In this document: in pieces, positions 11,575 through 25,637 of the stretch | Numbering within the stretch: position 1 is the stretch's first letter | How the letters are laid out: every line of letters starts with the position of its first letter | Source: Octopus sinensis | Taxonomy: Eukaryota | Assembly (NCBI RefSeq): GCF_006345805.1 | Contig: NC_043023.1 | Location: 372,001 to 436,000 of the forward strand | DNA length: 64,000 nucleotides | Reading direction: 5' to 3' | Notes under the pieces: model-generated | The model's database searches: none | What the model was told of the DNA's origin: nothing | What the model saw: the letters and a program-made list of their open reading frames with translations, nothing else | Made by a program: the position numbers and the translations under genes

Positions 11575-11990
11575 TGTGGCCCAGTGGTTAGGGTGTGGCA
11601 CACAATCGCTAGACGTGGGTTCGATTCTCCGACCAACCGAGCTGTGTGTTGTGTTCTTGAGCAAGACACTTCATTTCACTCTGGACCAGTTCATCCGTGC
11701 GATAGAATGAATGGTCTTCCGATCAAGGGATGTTGACCTGTTCGCCTAGCCAGCGGCGGGGGCATCATATGAAACGTATTGTGACCAGTGATGAAAAACA
11801 ATATCCGATAATCTGGTCGATAGTTCGATACCAAAATTCAACAGCCAGACCTTGGACATATTCTGTCTCTCGCTGATTCTGCTGGAGAAATTATGTTAAG
11901 GGTACACATGTGTCTGCGGAATACTCAGCTACTGACTTGTTAATTCAATGATCGCACAACTGAATACTCATCGTTGAACGGCAGAGACCC
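11575..11990. mobile_element. SINE family C head joined to family D tail (+), followed by family F fragment (-)
   Basis: 'ggcccagtggttagggtg..ggttcgattc..gttcttgagcaagacacttcatttcac' then 'ttgtgaccagtgatg'; reverse 'gggtacacatgtgtctgcggaatactcagc'. Confidence 0.65.
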
Positions 11991-12394
11991 GGTATATACA
12001 ATATATATATATATATATCACATACACGTGCGAGGTGAACGAGTGCACCTAATCCTTGTGTACTTTTACCGATTATATATTCATGCAAACATACGCACGC
12101 GCACACTACCTCACATAGATAATGTATATATAGATAGATAATATATATATATATAATATATATATATATATTATATATATATATATGCATATGTGTGTAT
12201 ATATATATCTTTTATTGTTTCAGCTATTTGACTATCATGCTAGGGCACCACGTCGAAAAATTCTTAGTCGAATGAATGTGTGTGCATGTGTGTGTGTATT
12301 ATATATCTATATGTGTATGTATATTATATACACACACACGCAGACACACGTAAGTATATGAGTGTGTATATATATATATGTGTGTGTGTGTATG

Positions 12395-12427
<33 letters not shown>

Positions 12428-13129
12428 ATATATATATGTGTTACACACACACATATATATATGTTATACACACATATATATAGTCATAATTAGTGAACGA
12501 ATAAAGCAATGTGTATGTATATCAAAGTGTGTCTGTGTATGCCTATCGTAATGACTATGTTTGTGTCAATGTAAATGTATTGAAGTGTGTACCTGTATGA
12601 AAGAGTGATTCTGTGTATATCAATCAAAGTGTATGTGTGTGTTTATGCTCATGAGTGAATATTCTGATTTTTAACTATGTGCATGTATATATAATGTGTG
12701 TGTGTGCGAGTGTATATATATATATCAGTAAAAGTACACTAGAACTGGGTGTACTCGTTCACCTGGTGTACACACAAACACACACACAATCCCGTGCGCA
12801 TTGTACGTATGGGTGGGCGCTGATTAGATTACACAATGCGCATGCAAACACACACATATTTATTCATATATATCTCAAGGACACACATTATACAGGTATA
12901 GAGATCCAAGCAACAAGCGTAAGGGAACTTACATATACATACACACAAATACACACATGTGTGTATATATACATACACACATACACATATATGAGAAAGG
13001 GGGGAGAGAGAGAGAGAGGTGAATATAGGGAGACAAGGAGAGAAAAAGATAGAGCGGAAAAAGGGATAGGTAAGATGAGATGGAGGGATGAGAGATGAAA
13101 ACGGGAAATACAGAGAGATGAAGACAAGA

Positions 13130-13225
13130 TGATTAGAGAGAGGGGAGAGAAAGAGAGAAAGACGGAGAGGAAGGAGAGAGAGACGGAGAGGAAGGAGGGA
13201 GACACGGAGAAAGATATAGGCAGAC

Positions 13226-13267
<42 letters not shown>

Positions 13268-13339
13268 TATATATAGATAGATAGAGAGAGAGAGAAAGAG
13301 AGAAATAGAAAGATAAAGGAACAGATAGATATGAAAGGA

Positions 13340-13371
<32 letters not shown>

Positions 13372-13430
13372 AATAGAAAGATAAAGGAACAGATAGATAT
13401 GAAAGGAGAGGGAGAGAGAGAGAGAATAGT
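13130..13430. repeat. GA-rich tract with a ~70-bp direct duplication
   Basis: 'agagaaaagagagaaatagaaagataaaggaacagatagatatgaaaggagaggg' occurs twice, at ~13290 and ~13360. Confidence 0.85.
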
Positions 13431-13682
13431 ATAAAGAATAACGAACGAGAGGGAGAGGAACCACGTGTGTGCGTGCTTGTGTTTGAGAGTATGCGTGAAG
13501 GTGTGTGTATGTGTGTATGAGGAAGAGAGTGTGTGTGTGCGTGTTGGTGTAAATGTGTAAGGGTGTCTGTGTGTGTCACAACACGTTGTTACATCAAAAG
13601 ACTGCAACAACTGTATGAAACAACGGTTGCATGTGCACAACACTGCACCAATTTATTGCAGCGAGCACTATTGTAGCTGCAC

Positions 13683-13726
<44 letters not shown>

Positions 13727-13834
13727 TTATGTATGTATGTATGTATACATGTATGTATATATGTATGTATGGATGTATGTATATCTATATCTATATATCT
13801 ATCTATCTATCTATATATATATATGTATCTATGT

Positions 13835-14032
13835 GTGTGTTTGTCTCCCCACCCCCCAATATGACTTGACAACCGATGCTGGTGTGTTTACGTCACCGTA
13901 ACTTAGCGGTTCGGCAAAAGAACCGATAGAATAAGTACTGGGCTTACAAAGAATAAGTCCTGGGGTCGATTTGCTCGACTAAAGGCGGTGCTCCAGCATG
14001 GCCGCACTCAAATGACTGAAACAAGTAAAAGA
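13835..14032 (+). mobile_element. SINE family A, 3' half
   Basis: 'cttgacaaccgatgctggtgtgtttacg...ggcggtgctccagcatggccgca..gactgaaacaagtaaaaga'. Confidence 0.9.
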
Positions 14033-14074
<42 letters not shown>

Positions 14075-14221
14075 TCACAATCAAGGAACGGCCATAATAG
14101 GCCATTCACCCACTAGAAATAACAGCCAAAAGCTTCAACCGCAAAATAACATCAATTCCGTAAACCAGGAGAAAATTAAAAATTCTACAAAATTTTTTGC
14201 CACCCTATATTGATTAATTAT

Positions 14222-14252
<31 letters not shown>

Positions 14253-14255
<3 letters not shown>

Positions 14256-14590
14256 CACAGCTTGATTTCCAACCCCATGATTCCGGGTTCAGTCCCACTG
14301 CGTGGCATTTTGAGTAAGTGTCTTCTACTATAACCTCGGGCCAACTAAAGTCTTATTGAGTGGTGTGTATATAGATATATGTTGATAAGTGTGCATGTGT
14401 GTGTCTTTTTGTCTGTGTTTGTCTCCCACCAGCGCTTTGTAACCGGTAATGATGTATTTACATCCCCCGTAACCTTGCGATTCGCAGAAGAGACCGATAG
14501 AATAAATGTACTGAAGTCGATTCATTCGACTAAAATATTCTTCAATGCGGTGCCCCAGCATGGCCGCAGTCTAATGACTCAAATAAAGAA
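14253..14590 (+). mobile_element. SINE family A, diverged copy
   Basis: 'gggttcagtcccactgcgtggc' head and 'ggtgccccagcatggccgcagtctaatgact' tail. Confidence 0.8.
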
Positions 14591-14889
14591 TACCATTATA
14601 GAAACATAAATGCGTGCGCGAACATACACACACTTATACACACCTGTGTTGATGTATGTATAATATATACATTTAAATATATATATATATATATAACGTG
14701 TTTGTCTGGTTGCATATAACTCTACTGCTCTAGATTCAAGTCTACCTTTCACACACATACATACCACCAGTGAGTGTACATATATATATACACACACACA
14801 GTACCATCCACCACTACCCCCACCACCACCCACCTCTGCAACCATCCAAAATCATTAAAACAAAACGTTGATGAACGCTAATGAAGAAT

Positions 14890-15474
14890 ATGACATTTCA
14901 AGGAATGTGTATTCGTGTGTATTCGCATGTATACCTGCGTGTGTGTGTGTGTGTGTATTTGTGCGTGTGTACATGTGTGCGTATTTGTATATTTCTATGT
15001 GTGTGTGTGTGTGTGTATGTATACGTGTGTGTGTGTTTGTGCGTGTGTGTACATGTGTGCGTATTTGTATATTTCTATGTGTGTGTGTATTTGTGCGTAT
15101 ATGTATTTGCATGTGTGTCTGTGTCTGTATTTGATTGTATGTGTATGTGTGTGTGTATCGATTGTTGTAGGTGGTGTGTATGAGGTGTGTGTGTGTGTGT
15201 TGATTGATGTGTGTGTGTGTGTGTGTAAGCGATATATGCGTGATATTAAGAGTTCGCTCTAATGAGCAGCGACAGGTAATAGTAATGGCCATGGAAGCAC
15301 TCAATACAGCAAAAGAGTGTAAATATTTCCTGATAGGCTGACTGGGACTTCGAAGATTCATCGGCTACACACGTACACACACACACACACGTACACACAC
15401 ACACATACACACATTCAAATGTATATGCAAAAAAGTGTGTGTGAACGTGTGTGCAGGTGCGAGCGCGTATGCGC

Positions 15475-15513
<39 letters not shown>

Positions 15514-17470
15514 AGCGACATGAAAAAAACACCATCATAAACTAAGACGAAAGCTACACAAAGCAAATACACACACAGACACATATATACACATATATAG
15601 ACATATACAGATGCACATATGTATATATAGACACTTAAAGTACAAAATCAAGTTACACAACGTACGTATAGCGAATGATAGACACATATACAGACATTCA
15701 CATCCATGTACATATATACACGCACACACGTGTATGTGTATATATATGTGCATACGCAAACACATACATACACATCCATATAATCATATATAAAAGCACA
15801 AATATACACGAACACACGTGTATTTGTGTGCGTGTGTGTATATAGTGGCTAACCGTTACATATATATGAATACGTACGTACACATGTATATACGTACACA
15901 AACACATACGTACATGTACACATAAATACACGCATTTATATAAACATGCAAACACAAATACATATATACAAAGATACACACACACACATGCAGATGTAAC
16001 ACATACACATACCTGCAAGCTTAGCACAGATGCCTATGTACACATACATACACACAGATACATCTGCATTTATATATATATACGCTGAGACATATATACA
16101 CAAACGTACCTGCATATACATACATATACTCCTGCATAATCATATATACAGATATATATACATACACCTACTTACAATGCACACACACAGATACACCTAC
16201 TTACACCTGCACAAATTCATATGTACACATACACACACACGCACCTGCATAGATATATATTCACAGATAGATATCTAAGCATAGATACATACACAGAGAT
16301 ATACATGGATATATATACATATGTGCACAGATACACATCTAAACATACACATACACACACGTACAGACATAGCTATACACTTGCAAAAAGATATACGGTT
16401 GCAGCTTTAAGAATGAGAACAGAGACAATATTTGAAGTCTGGAACGGCAAAAGATCGATACGGTGTCTTAGAAATGATTATCATTCGCTTTATATTTCGG
16501 AACGTAAAGTTTTTGCCGTGTGTGAGTAAGAGGAGTTAAATCTTTTTTTACTTTTATATTTCATACGTATGGATAGAGAAATATATATAATATATATATA
16601 TATAATATATTATATATATATGATATCTCTCTCTCTCTCTCTGTATATATGTATATATATATATATACATACACACGCACTCAAACATTGACACAATATT
16701 ACTGTCTGTGTGTGTATATAGACATAAGTCTTTATATATTTGCAGACGTGTATGTATTCCCGTATGCATAGAGATATGAGAATGTATATACGTATTTATA
16801 TATTTGTGGACTCGTATACATTACATTCGTATTTATATACACAAACACACACACAATGTGTGTGTATGTATGTATATATTTATATATATATACACACATA
16901 TTCATATATAATCGACACAGACGTAATAAAAACGAATTCATATAAGTGGGTGTATCACACACACACATATATATATATATATATACAGAAATATATCGAC
17001 ACAGGCTATAAATTACAGTTTTACATACAAATTAATGTGCCTTGAGAAACGTGCGTGCAATACTTATACAACGCCGTACAAACACACTATATACACACAT
17101 CATACCATGTATATATACCTATACATTTACAGACACCACAAAGCGGCTGTATATACATTTATCTCACTGAACGAAGCAATTGTTCGGAAAGTAAAGATTT
17201 ATATCGCTTTGCAAATGTTCAATACAGTCACGGACAGATATATATACATATATATACATATATATGAATATATATGAATATATGTATGTATGTAAATGTA
17301 CACACACACGCACATATACATACATACATGCATATATATATACGTACACATACATATATACATACACCCACACACACATATATATATATGATCATTGCAT
17401 TTAGTGTGAGTGTATATACATACACACACGTCTGAGAAACGAATATATACAGATGCGTACACACATTAGT
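14890..17470. repeat. Extended degenerate (TG)n/(CA)n/(TA)n low-complexity region
   Basis: Direct inspection. Confidence 0.85.
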
Positions 17471-18120
17471 AAACAGACATTATGTGTGGGTAAGAGGGTG
17501 TGCTGGTAATAAATGAGAAAAGAACAAGTACTCGATACAACGAAGTAGAGCATTTATTCAAGTTGGTCAATTCTAGCAACTCCTGACAATTTTCTCACAA
17601 AAAAAAGCATCGGGGGTCGATCTAATTGACTGCTCCCTCCCCCAAAATTCTGGGCCTTGTGCCTAGAGTAGAAAAGAAAAAGAAGCATCAGGCAATCTTT
17701 CTTTCCTTCCTACTTACCTACCTGCATACATCGTAGTCTTCATCAGTTTGAAGTTCCTTCTTCTAAGCCTGATGAGTCAGATTCTCTATGGCTGGATGTC
17801 CTTCCTGCTGCCAATCCTTACCTGTTCTAAGCAAGGTAACATTTCTCTCACAGGAGACATGTTTTCACGGAATATTGGAAATGAATAACTTTCGTTTATG
17901 TTAATCACGTGATGTCCAGATAAGGAGACACAAACATATACATGCTCACACATACATACGCATATGAAAGAAATGAAAAAGCTGTTATGCACTACATAGG
18001 TTTCAAATGTGTATGAAATCCGTATACTGAAATATTAAAACCATTTTGTAGTGACAACATATACCTTCTAATTGGGTGCATACACCTTATTATGTAAAGT
18101 CATTTGCTGTTATTTTACAT

Positions 18121-18230
18121 AAGCAGTATGCACCTGATGAGGAGGTATATGTTATTACTACATAATGTTTTTAATATTTCATAATATGAGTTACGTACAC
18201 TATTGAAACATATGTAGAGCATAACTGCTT
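18121..18230 (+). ncRNA. Putative type I minimal hammerhead ribozyme (Penelope-like-element type)
   Basis: CTGATGA 18134-18140; GAAA 18205-18208; palindromic stem III ACATATGT; GTA cleavage triplet 18214-18216; stem I AAGCAGTATGC-A-C / G-A-GCATA-A-CTGCTT; imperfect, long stem II. Confidence 0.65.
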
Positions 18231-18386
18231 TCTCCATTTCTTACATTCACATATCTAATTACCACATATTTAGCAAGCGAGGTTTCTTTTGGACTGGAGT
18301 TGTATAGCATCATTATTCTTTATCAGGATTACCTTCCAACATTTATATGGGACAAAGTATATTTATTGATTACTGTACTGTTGCTA

Positions 18387-18612
18387 TTTCTTTACTACCC
18401 ACAAGGGGCTAAACACAGAGGGGACAAACAAGGACAGACAAAGGGATTAAGTCGATTACATCGAACCCAGTGCGTAACTGGTACTTAATTTATCAACCCC
18501 GAAAGGATGAACGGCAAAGTTGACCTCGGCGGAATTTGAACTCAGAACATAACGGCAAATGAAATACGGCTACGCATTTCGCCCGCCACGCTAATGATTC
18601 TGCCATCTCGCT
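18387..18612 (-). mobile_element. SINE family B, near full length
   Basis: Reverse complement of 'gagctggcagaatcgttagc..gagttcaaattccgccgaggtc.actttgcc.ttcatcctttcggggt.gataaattaagtaccag...gtaaagaaa'. Confidence 0.9.
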
Positions 18613-18951
18613 GCCTTTAATTACTGATTACTGTACTGTTGCCTTTGTGTCTCCTATACAAGCCTTCTATAGGCTACAGGCTAACCAACCATTTTGCCTC
18701 AATCAGTTGGATCTTACTACGTTGAAATACATGTGAGTGTGTGTGTGTAGCAGCCTAAAGTGGAGTGTGCAGAGTTGAGAGTAGTAATCTTAATTGAAGC
18801 CATATAAGAAAAAAAAAACGTGACACCAACAGTGGCACAAGGGTTTCTGGTGGTTGGGTGAGATGGACTGGATGTTGCAAGAGTGAGAAGAGAGAGAGAG
18901 AGATTATGGTGATGACTGATAATGACAATTATGATGATGATGCTGGGGTGC

Positions 18952-19326
18952 ATTGTGTGGCTGTGTGGTAAGAAGCTTGCTTCCCTACCACATGGTTCCA
19001 GGTTCAGTCCTAGTGTGTGGGACCTTGGGAAAACATCTATTATAGCCCTGGACTAACCAAAGCCTTGTGAGTGGATTTGGTAGACGGAAACTGAAAGAAG
19101 CCTGTCGTGTGTGTGTGTGTATGTGTCTTTGGGTTTGTTTCTCCACCACCACTTGACAACTGGTGTTGGTTTGTTTACATCCCCATAACTTAGCAGCTTT
19201 GCAAAAGCAACTAACAAAATAAGTATCAGGCTTAAAAACATAATCAATGGAGTTGATATGTTTTACTACAAATTCAAGGTGATGCCCCAGCATGGCCACA
19301 GTCTAATGACTGAAACAAGTAAAAGA
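18952..19326 (+). mobile_element. SINE family A, diverged full copy
   Basis: Head, (TG)n spacer and 3' half all present. Confidence 0.85.
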
Positions 19327-20059
19327 GACAGGATAGTAGATGGGTGATGGTAAGTTATGATTGTGGTGATGATGGTGATGATTGTTGTTATACTCCCAGT
19401 CAGTCCTCATCAAATAGACCCATAATCAAAGGTAATCCAAGCATGACCATCTCCCTTTTTCCTTACAGTGTACTTAGGAACACATCTGATATCTTAAGAC
19501 ATTCCCTCCATGACAACCAAGTCTTTTCTGGCCACTGGTTAATGTACACCTACAAACACATTATATGATAATAAAAAAATTTCCAGATATGGCCATCCCA
19601 TCTTTTTCCCCTTGGAACTGTAAGGTACCCCCAATATTGAATGTATCGTCAGTTTTTAAGATGATAGTTTTTGATGTTAGAGATTTAGCTGCTATTTCTA
19701 ACTGGTCACAGGGCTATATGGAGGTTTCCCACATTGTTTTGCTTGATGTCATCCGAGAAAAGATTGGCTGCTATTTCTAGCCTGTCAGAGGAACACATGA
19801 TGGAATGAACACATGATGAACAATTCTTGCATTGTTTGGTAGTCAATGTAGAAGATTTGAGAGCAGGAAGGAATATCTGAGGCATTTTACATTTTTCTGA
19901 AATTGCAAAGGTAGATAATGGTAAGTGATGCCATTAGGAAAAGATTCAGTTAAAAAAAAGGAAAGAAAAAAAAGATTATTCCCCTGCCTCAGGGAAAGAA
20001 AGAATTCACAGAATATTCATCATCACCATCATGATTATTATTATTGTTGTTGTTAATGT

Positions 20060-20450
20060 AGTAAGTTGGCAGAATCGTTAGCACGCTGGACAAAATGCTT
20101 TTCGGTGATTCTTCTGTCTTTATGTTCTGAGTTCAAATTCCGCCGAAGTCGACTTTGCCTTTCATCCTTTCAGGGTCGATAAATTAAGTACCAGTTGAGT
20201 ATTGGGGTCCAAACTTGCTGGCTTTGTGTCAAGATTTGAAACCATTATTATTATTATTATTATTAAAATGGTGGGTGAGCTGGCAGAATCGTTAGCATGC
20301 TTAGCAGTATATTGCCCATCGCTATATTCTGAGTTCAAATTCCACTGAGGTTAACTTTGCCTCTCATCCTTTCGAGGTTGATAAATTAAGTACCAGTGAA
20401 ATACTGACCCCATCCCCTATAATTTCAGGCTTTGTGCCTATACTAAAAAG
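20060..20450 (+). mobile_element. Two adjacent SINE family B copies (3'-truncated)
   Basis: 'ttggcagaatcgttagca..ctgagttcaaattcc..ctttgcct.tcatccttt' at ~20085 and ~20280. Confidence 0.85.
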
Positions 20451-20489
20451 GATTATTATTATTAAATCAATGCCTCACCATATTATATA

Positions 20490-23400
20490 TATATATATAT
20501 AATATATATATATACACACATATATATTATGGAGATGTACTTGTATAGCAAGTGACCTGATCTGAGATTGTGTACTGGAAAGAAAACAATTCCATGCTGC
20601 AATTGTTATATATATATATATATGGGAGTGTGTGTGTCTGTCCATGAGACTATGCATGTGTGTATGTGTGTGCTTGCTTACATGAACATGCGCATACTTA
20701 TCAAAATAATCTTTTTCCTATTCTTTATTTTCTGTGTTTTATTTACAATTATGCAAGACTCAACGAAAATTTTAGGACAATAAAAATAAGAAAAAAGTGG
20801 AAATTTTACCGGTGAGTGTGTTACATAATAAGGCACAAAAAGAAAATGACTCTCCCCAGACACAACAGAATATGCTCCAACACACGAACTCATATAAAGA
20901 ATCTTGCAAACCAAATCCCAAAACAAAATATATGTAGACTTGTTAACTGTATATAAAAAGATTAAAAGTATCCGTCTCGTGTCATTCCAAAACACAGAAC
21001 CTGTAGGCAAGAACCAAGCGAAACGGAGTTTATTGAGCTAGATACCTTTTGAAAATAATCACCTGACAAGACATATCTGCACCGAAGGATGTGTAGCATT
21101 TCACCTGTGAGGGACCAAGGTAAGATGGATAAAAATGATCGTTGTGGTTAATAAAGAATTTTGTGAATTCCATTTTCTGTTTCTTTCTCTCATTCAACAA
21201 ACACTGGGGGAATTGCTAATTATAACAATATTGTGGATAACATCAGATAGCCATAGACAGTGAAAGTGCTTTAATCAGCATATTACCAAGTGTATACTTA
21301 ATTTTTAAAATTATATATACATGTATATAATACACACACAATTCATATAGATAAAGACTTGCAGGTATTCGTGTTTAAGAAAATTTAGAAACCTCCACCT
21401 TGCCGCCGCCACCGTTGCCAACTGCCTCTTTCATCAAATACAATTATGCATCTACTCCACTCACTCTGAATGCCCTACTTAAATAGGTAAAACAAGGGCC
21501 AAGAAAATAGGGCATCCCTTTATAAAAACAACGACAAAAACAAAAACCTGGGGGAACTAAAAAGCGATGACTAACTCTATCAGGAATCTTGCCAAATTTC
21601 TAAGAACACACAACAAATATTGAGGAAGTATTATTCCAATTTCTCATCTAAGCTGGCCATCTTTCTTGGAGGTTTTGTAAGAGATAGATAGTGGAAGTGA
21701 TAATCATGTCTTTTGCATTTGATTAAGAATGGGGAAAGAAGCTAATCTTATCTTTTGAAATCCTTTGCCAAGAACAATTTTGGTCGTTTAAAAATTTAAA
21801 GGAGAAAGGAAAACATATGCAGAAATAAAAAGTATTTGCAAAATTATATAGACACACACACACACACACATACATGCACACACACATACACACACACACA
21901 CACACACACATACACACACACACACATACACACACCACACACATACACACACACACATACACACACACACACATACATGCACACACACATACACACACAC
22001 ACACACACACACCATACACACACACACATACACACACACATACATGCACACACACACACACAAAACACATTATTGACCAAACTGAAATTGCAATATATAT
22101 GAGGTAGACTTTTTATACACTCAGAAATATACATACATACATACACACACACACATAAAAATATGAATCTCTCTTTCCCTCTTTCTCTCTCTCTATCTAT
22201 ATATATACTTATCTACACATGTACAAATCTCTCTCTCTCTCTCTCTCATATATAATATATATATATACACACATATATATTATGGAGATGTACTTGTATA
22301 GCAAGTGACCTGATCTGAGATTGTGTACTGGAAAGAAAACAATTCCATGCTGCAATTGTTATATATATATATATATGGGAGTGTGTGTGTCTGTCCATGA
22401 GACTATGGGTGTGTGTATGCATGTGTGTATGTGTGTGCTTGCTTACATGAACATGCGCATACTTATCAAAATAATCTTTTTCCTATTCTTTATTTTCTGT
22501 GTTTTATTTACAGTTATGCAAGACTCAACGAAAATTTTAGGATAATAAAAATAAGAAAAAAGTGGAAATTTTACCGGTGAGTGTGTTACATAATAAGGCA
22601 CAAAAAGAAAATGATTCTCCCCAGACACAACAGAATATGCTCCAACACACGAACTCATATAAAGAATCTTGCAAACCAAATCCCAAAACAAAATATATGT
22701 AGACTTGTTAACTGTATATAAAAAGATTAAAAGTATCCATCTCGTGTCATTCCAAAACACAGAACCTGTAGGCAAGAACCAAGCGAAACGGAGTTTATTG
22801 AGCTAGATACCTTTTGAAAATAATCACCTGACAAGACATATCTGCACCGAAGGATGTGTAGCATTTCACCTGTGAGGGACCAAGGTAAGATGGATAAAAA
22901 TGATCGTTGTGGTTAATAAAGAATTTTGTGAATTCCATTTTCTGTTTCTCTCATTCAACAAACACTGGGGGAATTGCTAATTATAACAATATTGTGGATA
23001 ACATCAGATAGCCATAGACAGTGAAAGTGCTTTAATCAGCATATTACCAAGTGTATACTTAATTTTTAAAATTATATATACATGTATATAATACACACAC
23101 AATTCATATAGATAAAGACTTGCAGGTATTCGTGTTTAAGAAAATTTAGAAACCTCCACCTTGCCGCCGCCACCGTTGCCAACTGCCTCTTTCATCAAAT
23201 ACAATTATGCATCTACTCCACTCACTCTGAATGCCCTACTTAAATAGGTAAAACAAGGGCCAAGAAAATAGGGCATCCCTTTATAAAAACAACGACAAAA
23301 AAAAAAAACCTGGGGGAACTAAAAAGCGATGACTAACTCTATCAGGAATCTTGCCAAATTTCTAAGAACACACAACAAATATTGAGGAAGTATTATTCCA

Positions 23401-23656
23401 ATTTCTCATCTAAGCTGGCCATCTTTCTTGGAGGTTTTGTAAGAGATAGATAGTGGAAGTGATAATCATGTCTTTTGCATTTGATTAAGAATGGGGAAAG
23501 AAGCTAATCTTATCTTTTGAAATCCTTTGCCAAGAACAATTTTGGTCGTTTAAAAATTTAAAGGAGAAAGGAAAACATATGCAGAAATAAAAAGTATTTG
23601 CAAAATTATATAGACACACACACACACACATACACACACACACACATACATGCACA

Positions 23657-23688
<32 letters not shown>

Positions 23689-23927
23689 TACACACACACA
23701 CACATACACACACACACATACATGCACACACACACACAAAACACATTATTGACCAAACTGAAATTGCAATATATATGAGGTAGACTTTTTATACACTCAG
23801 AAATATACATACATACATACACACACACACATAAAAATATGAATCTCTCTTTCCCTCCTTTCCTCTTTCTCTCTCTCTATCTATAAATATACTTATCTAC
23901 ACATGTACAAATCTCTCTCTCTCTCTC

Positions 23928-23935
<8 letters not shown>
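20490..23935. repeat. Near-identical tandem duplication, two copies of ~1.7 kb
   Basis: 'ggagatgtacttg' at 20531 and 22284 (offset 1753); both copies end in 'ctacacatgtacaaatctctct'; only a few substitutions and microsatellite length changes. Confidence 0.95.
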
Positions 23936-23976
<41 letters not shown>

Positions 23977-24002
23977 TAGATAGATATGTACATAATGTGT
24001 GT

Positions 24003-24039
<37 letters not shown>

Positions 24040-24076
24040 CATATCTACACATGTACAAATCTCTCTCTCTCTCTCT

Positions 24077-24134
<58 letters not shown>

Positions 24135-24232
24135 AAAGATAGAGAGAGATATGTATATAAATGTGTGTGGATATATATATGTATATATATGAAGATTTGA
24201 ACATTAGGTGATTGCTTATCTTCATGTGTGTG

Positions 24233-24328
24233 GTGAGTTTTGCAATTTTCACATATTTAAGGATTCTTGCATATGGTGAATATTAAGTGCAGGAATCCCT
24301 AAATATTTGTTAAAATTGCAAAAATCAC
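24233..24328. other. Imperfect ~38-bp hairpin (MITE-like or pre-miRNA-like)
   Basis: gtgagttttgcaattttcacatatttaaggattcttgca is inversely complementary to tgcaggaatccctaaatatttgttaaaattgcaaaaatcac. Confidence 0.75.
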
Positions 24329-24704
24329 TACATTAAGAGAGCATCATTCTAGCAATCCATCACTACAACCATCATCATCACCATCATTGCCACCACCACC
24401 ACCTTCTCTATCAGCAATTACCATCATCGTTATTGTCCTCGTGATTGTCAGCGTTATAAACATTATCATCATCATCACCACAACACTAACGTTGATATCC
24501 TTATCTTAACCATCACCATCACTACCAGCAACACCCCACCAGCAACACCCCCACCACCACTTTTCCTCCTCTACATTGTCTCTATGAGCATCACCATCAT
24601 TCGAGTGATTGCCAATTTTGGCTGAAGCATCTACATTGAGTGAACAAGTCAACAAAACAACCTCAAAGTGGCTTCACTGTCCACCAGAAATAGCAGCCAA
24701 CTCT

Positions 24705-25115
24705 GCGGCTGTGTGGTAAGAAGCCTGCTTCCCAACCACATAGTTCTGGGTTCAGTCCCACTGCATGTCACCTTGGGAAAGTGTCTTCTACTATAGCCTT
24801 GGGCCAACCAAAAGTTTGTGAGTGGATTTGGTAGATGGAGTTTGAAAGAAGCCTGTTGTGTATATATACATATATACACATATGCATACATATAAATATA
24901 TACATACATATATATACATATGTATATATACATATACATTGATACATACACATACATATAAACATATACATATATACATATATATATATACACACACACA
25001 CATATATATATACATATACACACATATATTCATATATGCACACATATATATACACATGTATATTTACACACATATACACATATATACACACACATATATA
25101 CACACATATACTCAT

Positions 25116-25154
<39 letters not shown>

Positions 25155-25234
25155 CTCACATATATACATACATACTCACATATATACACATATACATACA
25201 TACTCACATATATACACATATACACACATATATA

Positions 25235-25268
<34 letters not shown>

Positions 25269-25605
25269 CACATCATGTAACATCCATTTTCCATGCTGGC
25301 ATGGGCTGGATGGTTTGACTAGGGAGCTGTACCAGGCCCCATTGTCTATTCTGTCATGGTTGGTACGGCTGGATGCCCTTCACTTATGAAACAAAAATAT
25401 AATGTGGTGGAATGGCACAGATGTGTGTGTATGTGTCAGTGTGCCTGTGCTTGTACCCCACCACCACCACTTGACAGTTGCTGTTGGTGTTTATGTTCCC
25501 ATAACTTAGTGGTTCAGCAACAGGGATTGACAAAATAAGTACTAAGCTCAACAAAACAATAAGTTCTGTTTTGGATTCATTTGACCCCAGGACTGATTTT
25601 GGGAG
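24705..25605 (+). mobile_element. SINE family A with expanded internal microsatellite and a nested RTE-type tail (-) at ~25270-25385
   Basis: Head 24705-24860; tail 25420-25605; nested 'catccattttccatgctggcatggg'. Confidence 0.7.
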
Positions 25606-25637
25606 ATGAAAGAAGAAAGAAGAAAAATTAGACAATG

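Noticed and set aside
14150-14215. Possible Tc1-like terminal repeat 'ttttttgccaccctata'
   Set aside because: No matching opposite end found.
17741-17790. Two CTGATGA motifs (one per strand), and another at ~29418
   Set aside because: No correctly placed GAAA-stem III-UH or closing stems.
20678-21010. 110-aa hydrophobic ORF (and its duplicate at 22443-22775) as a membrane-protein exon
   Set aside because: Half of it is the family E repeat also present at 268-420; there is a good acceptor at 21001 but no convincing donor, and hydrophobicity is expected from T-rich DNA.
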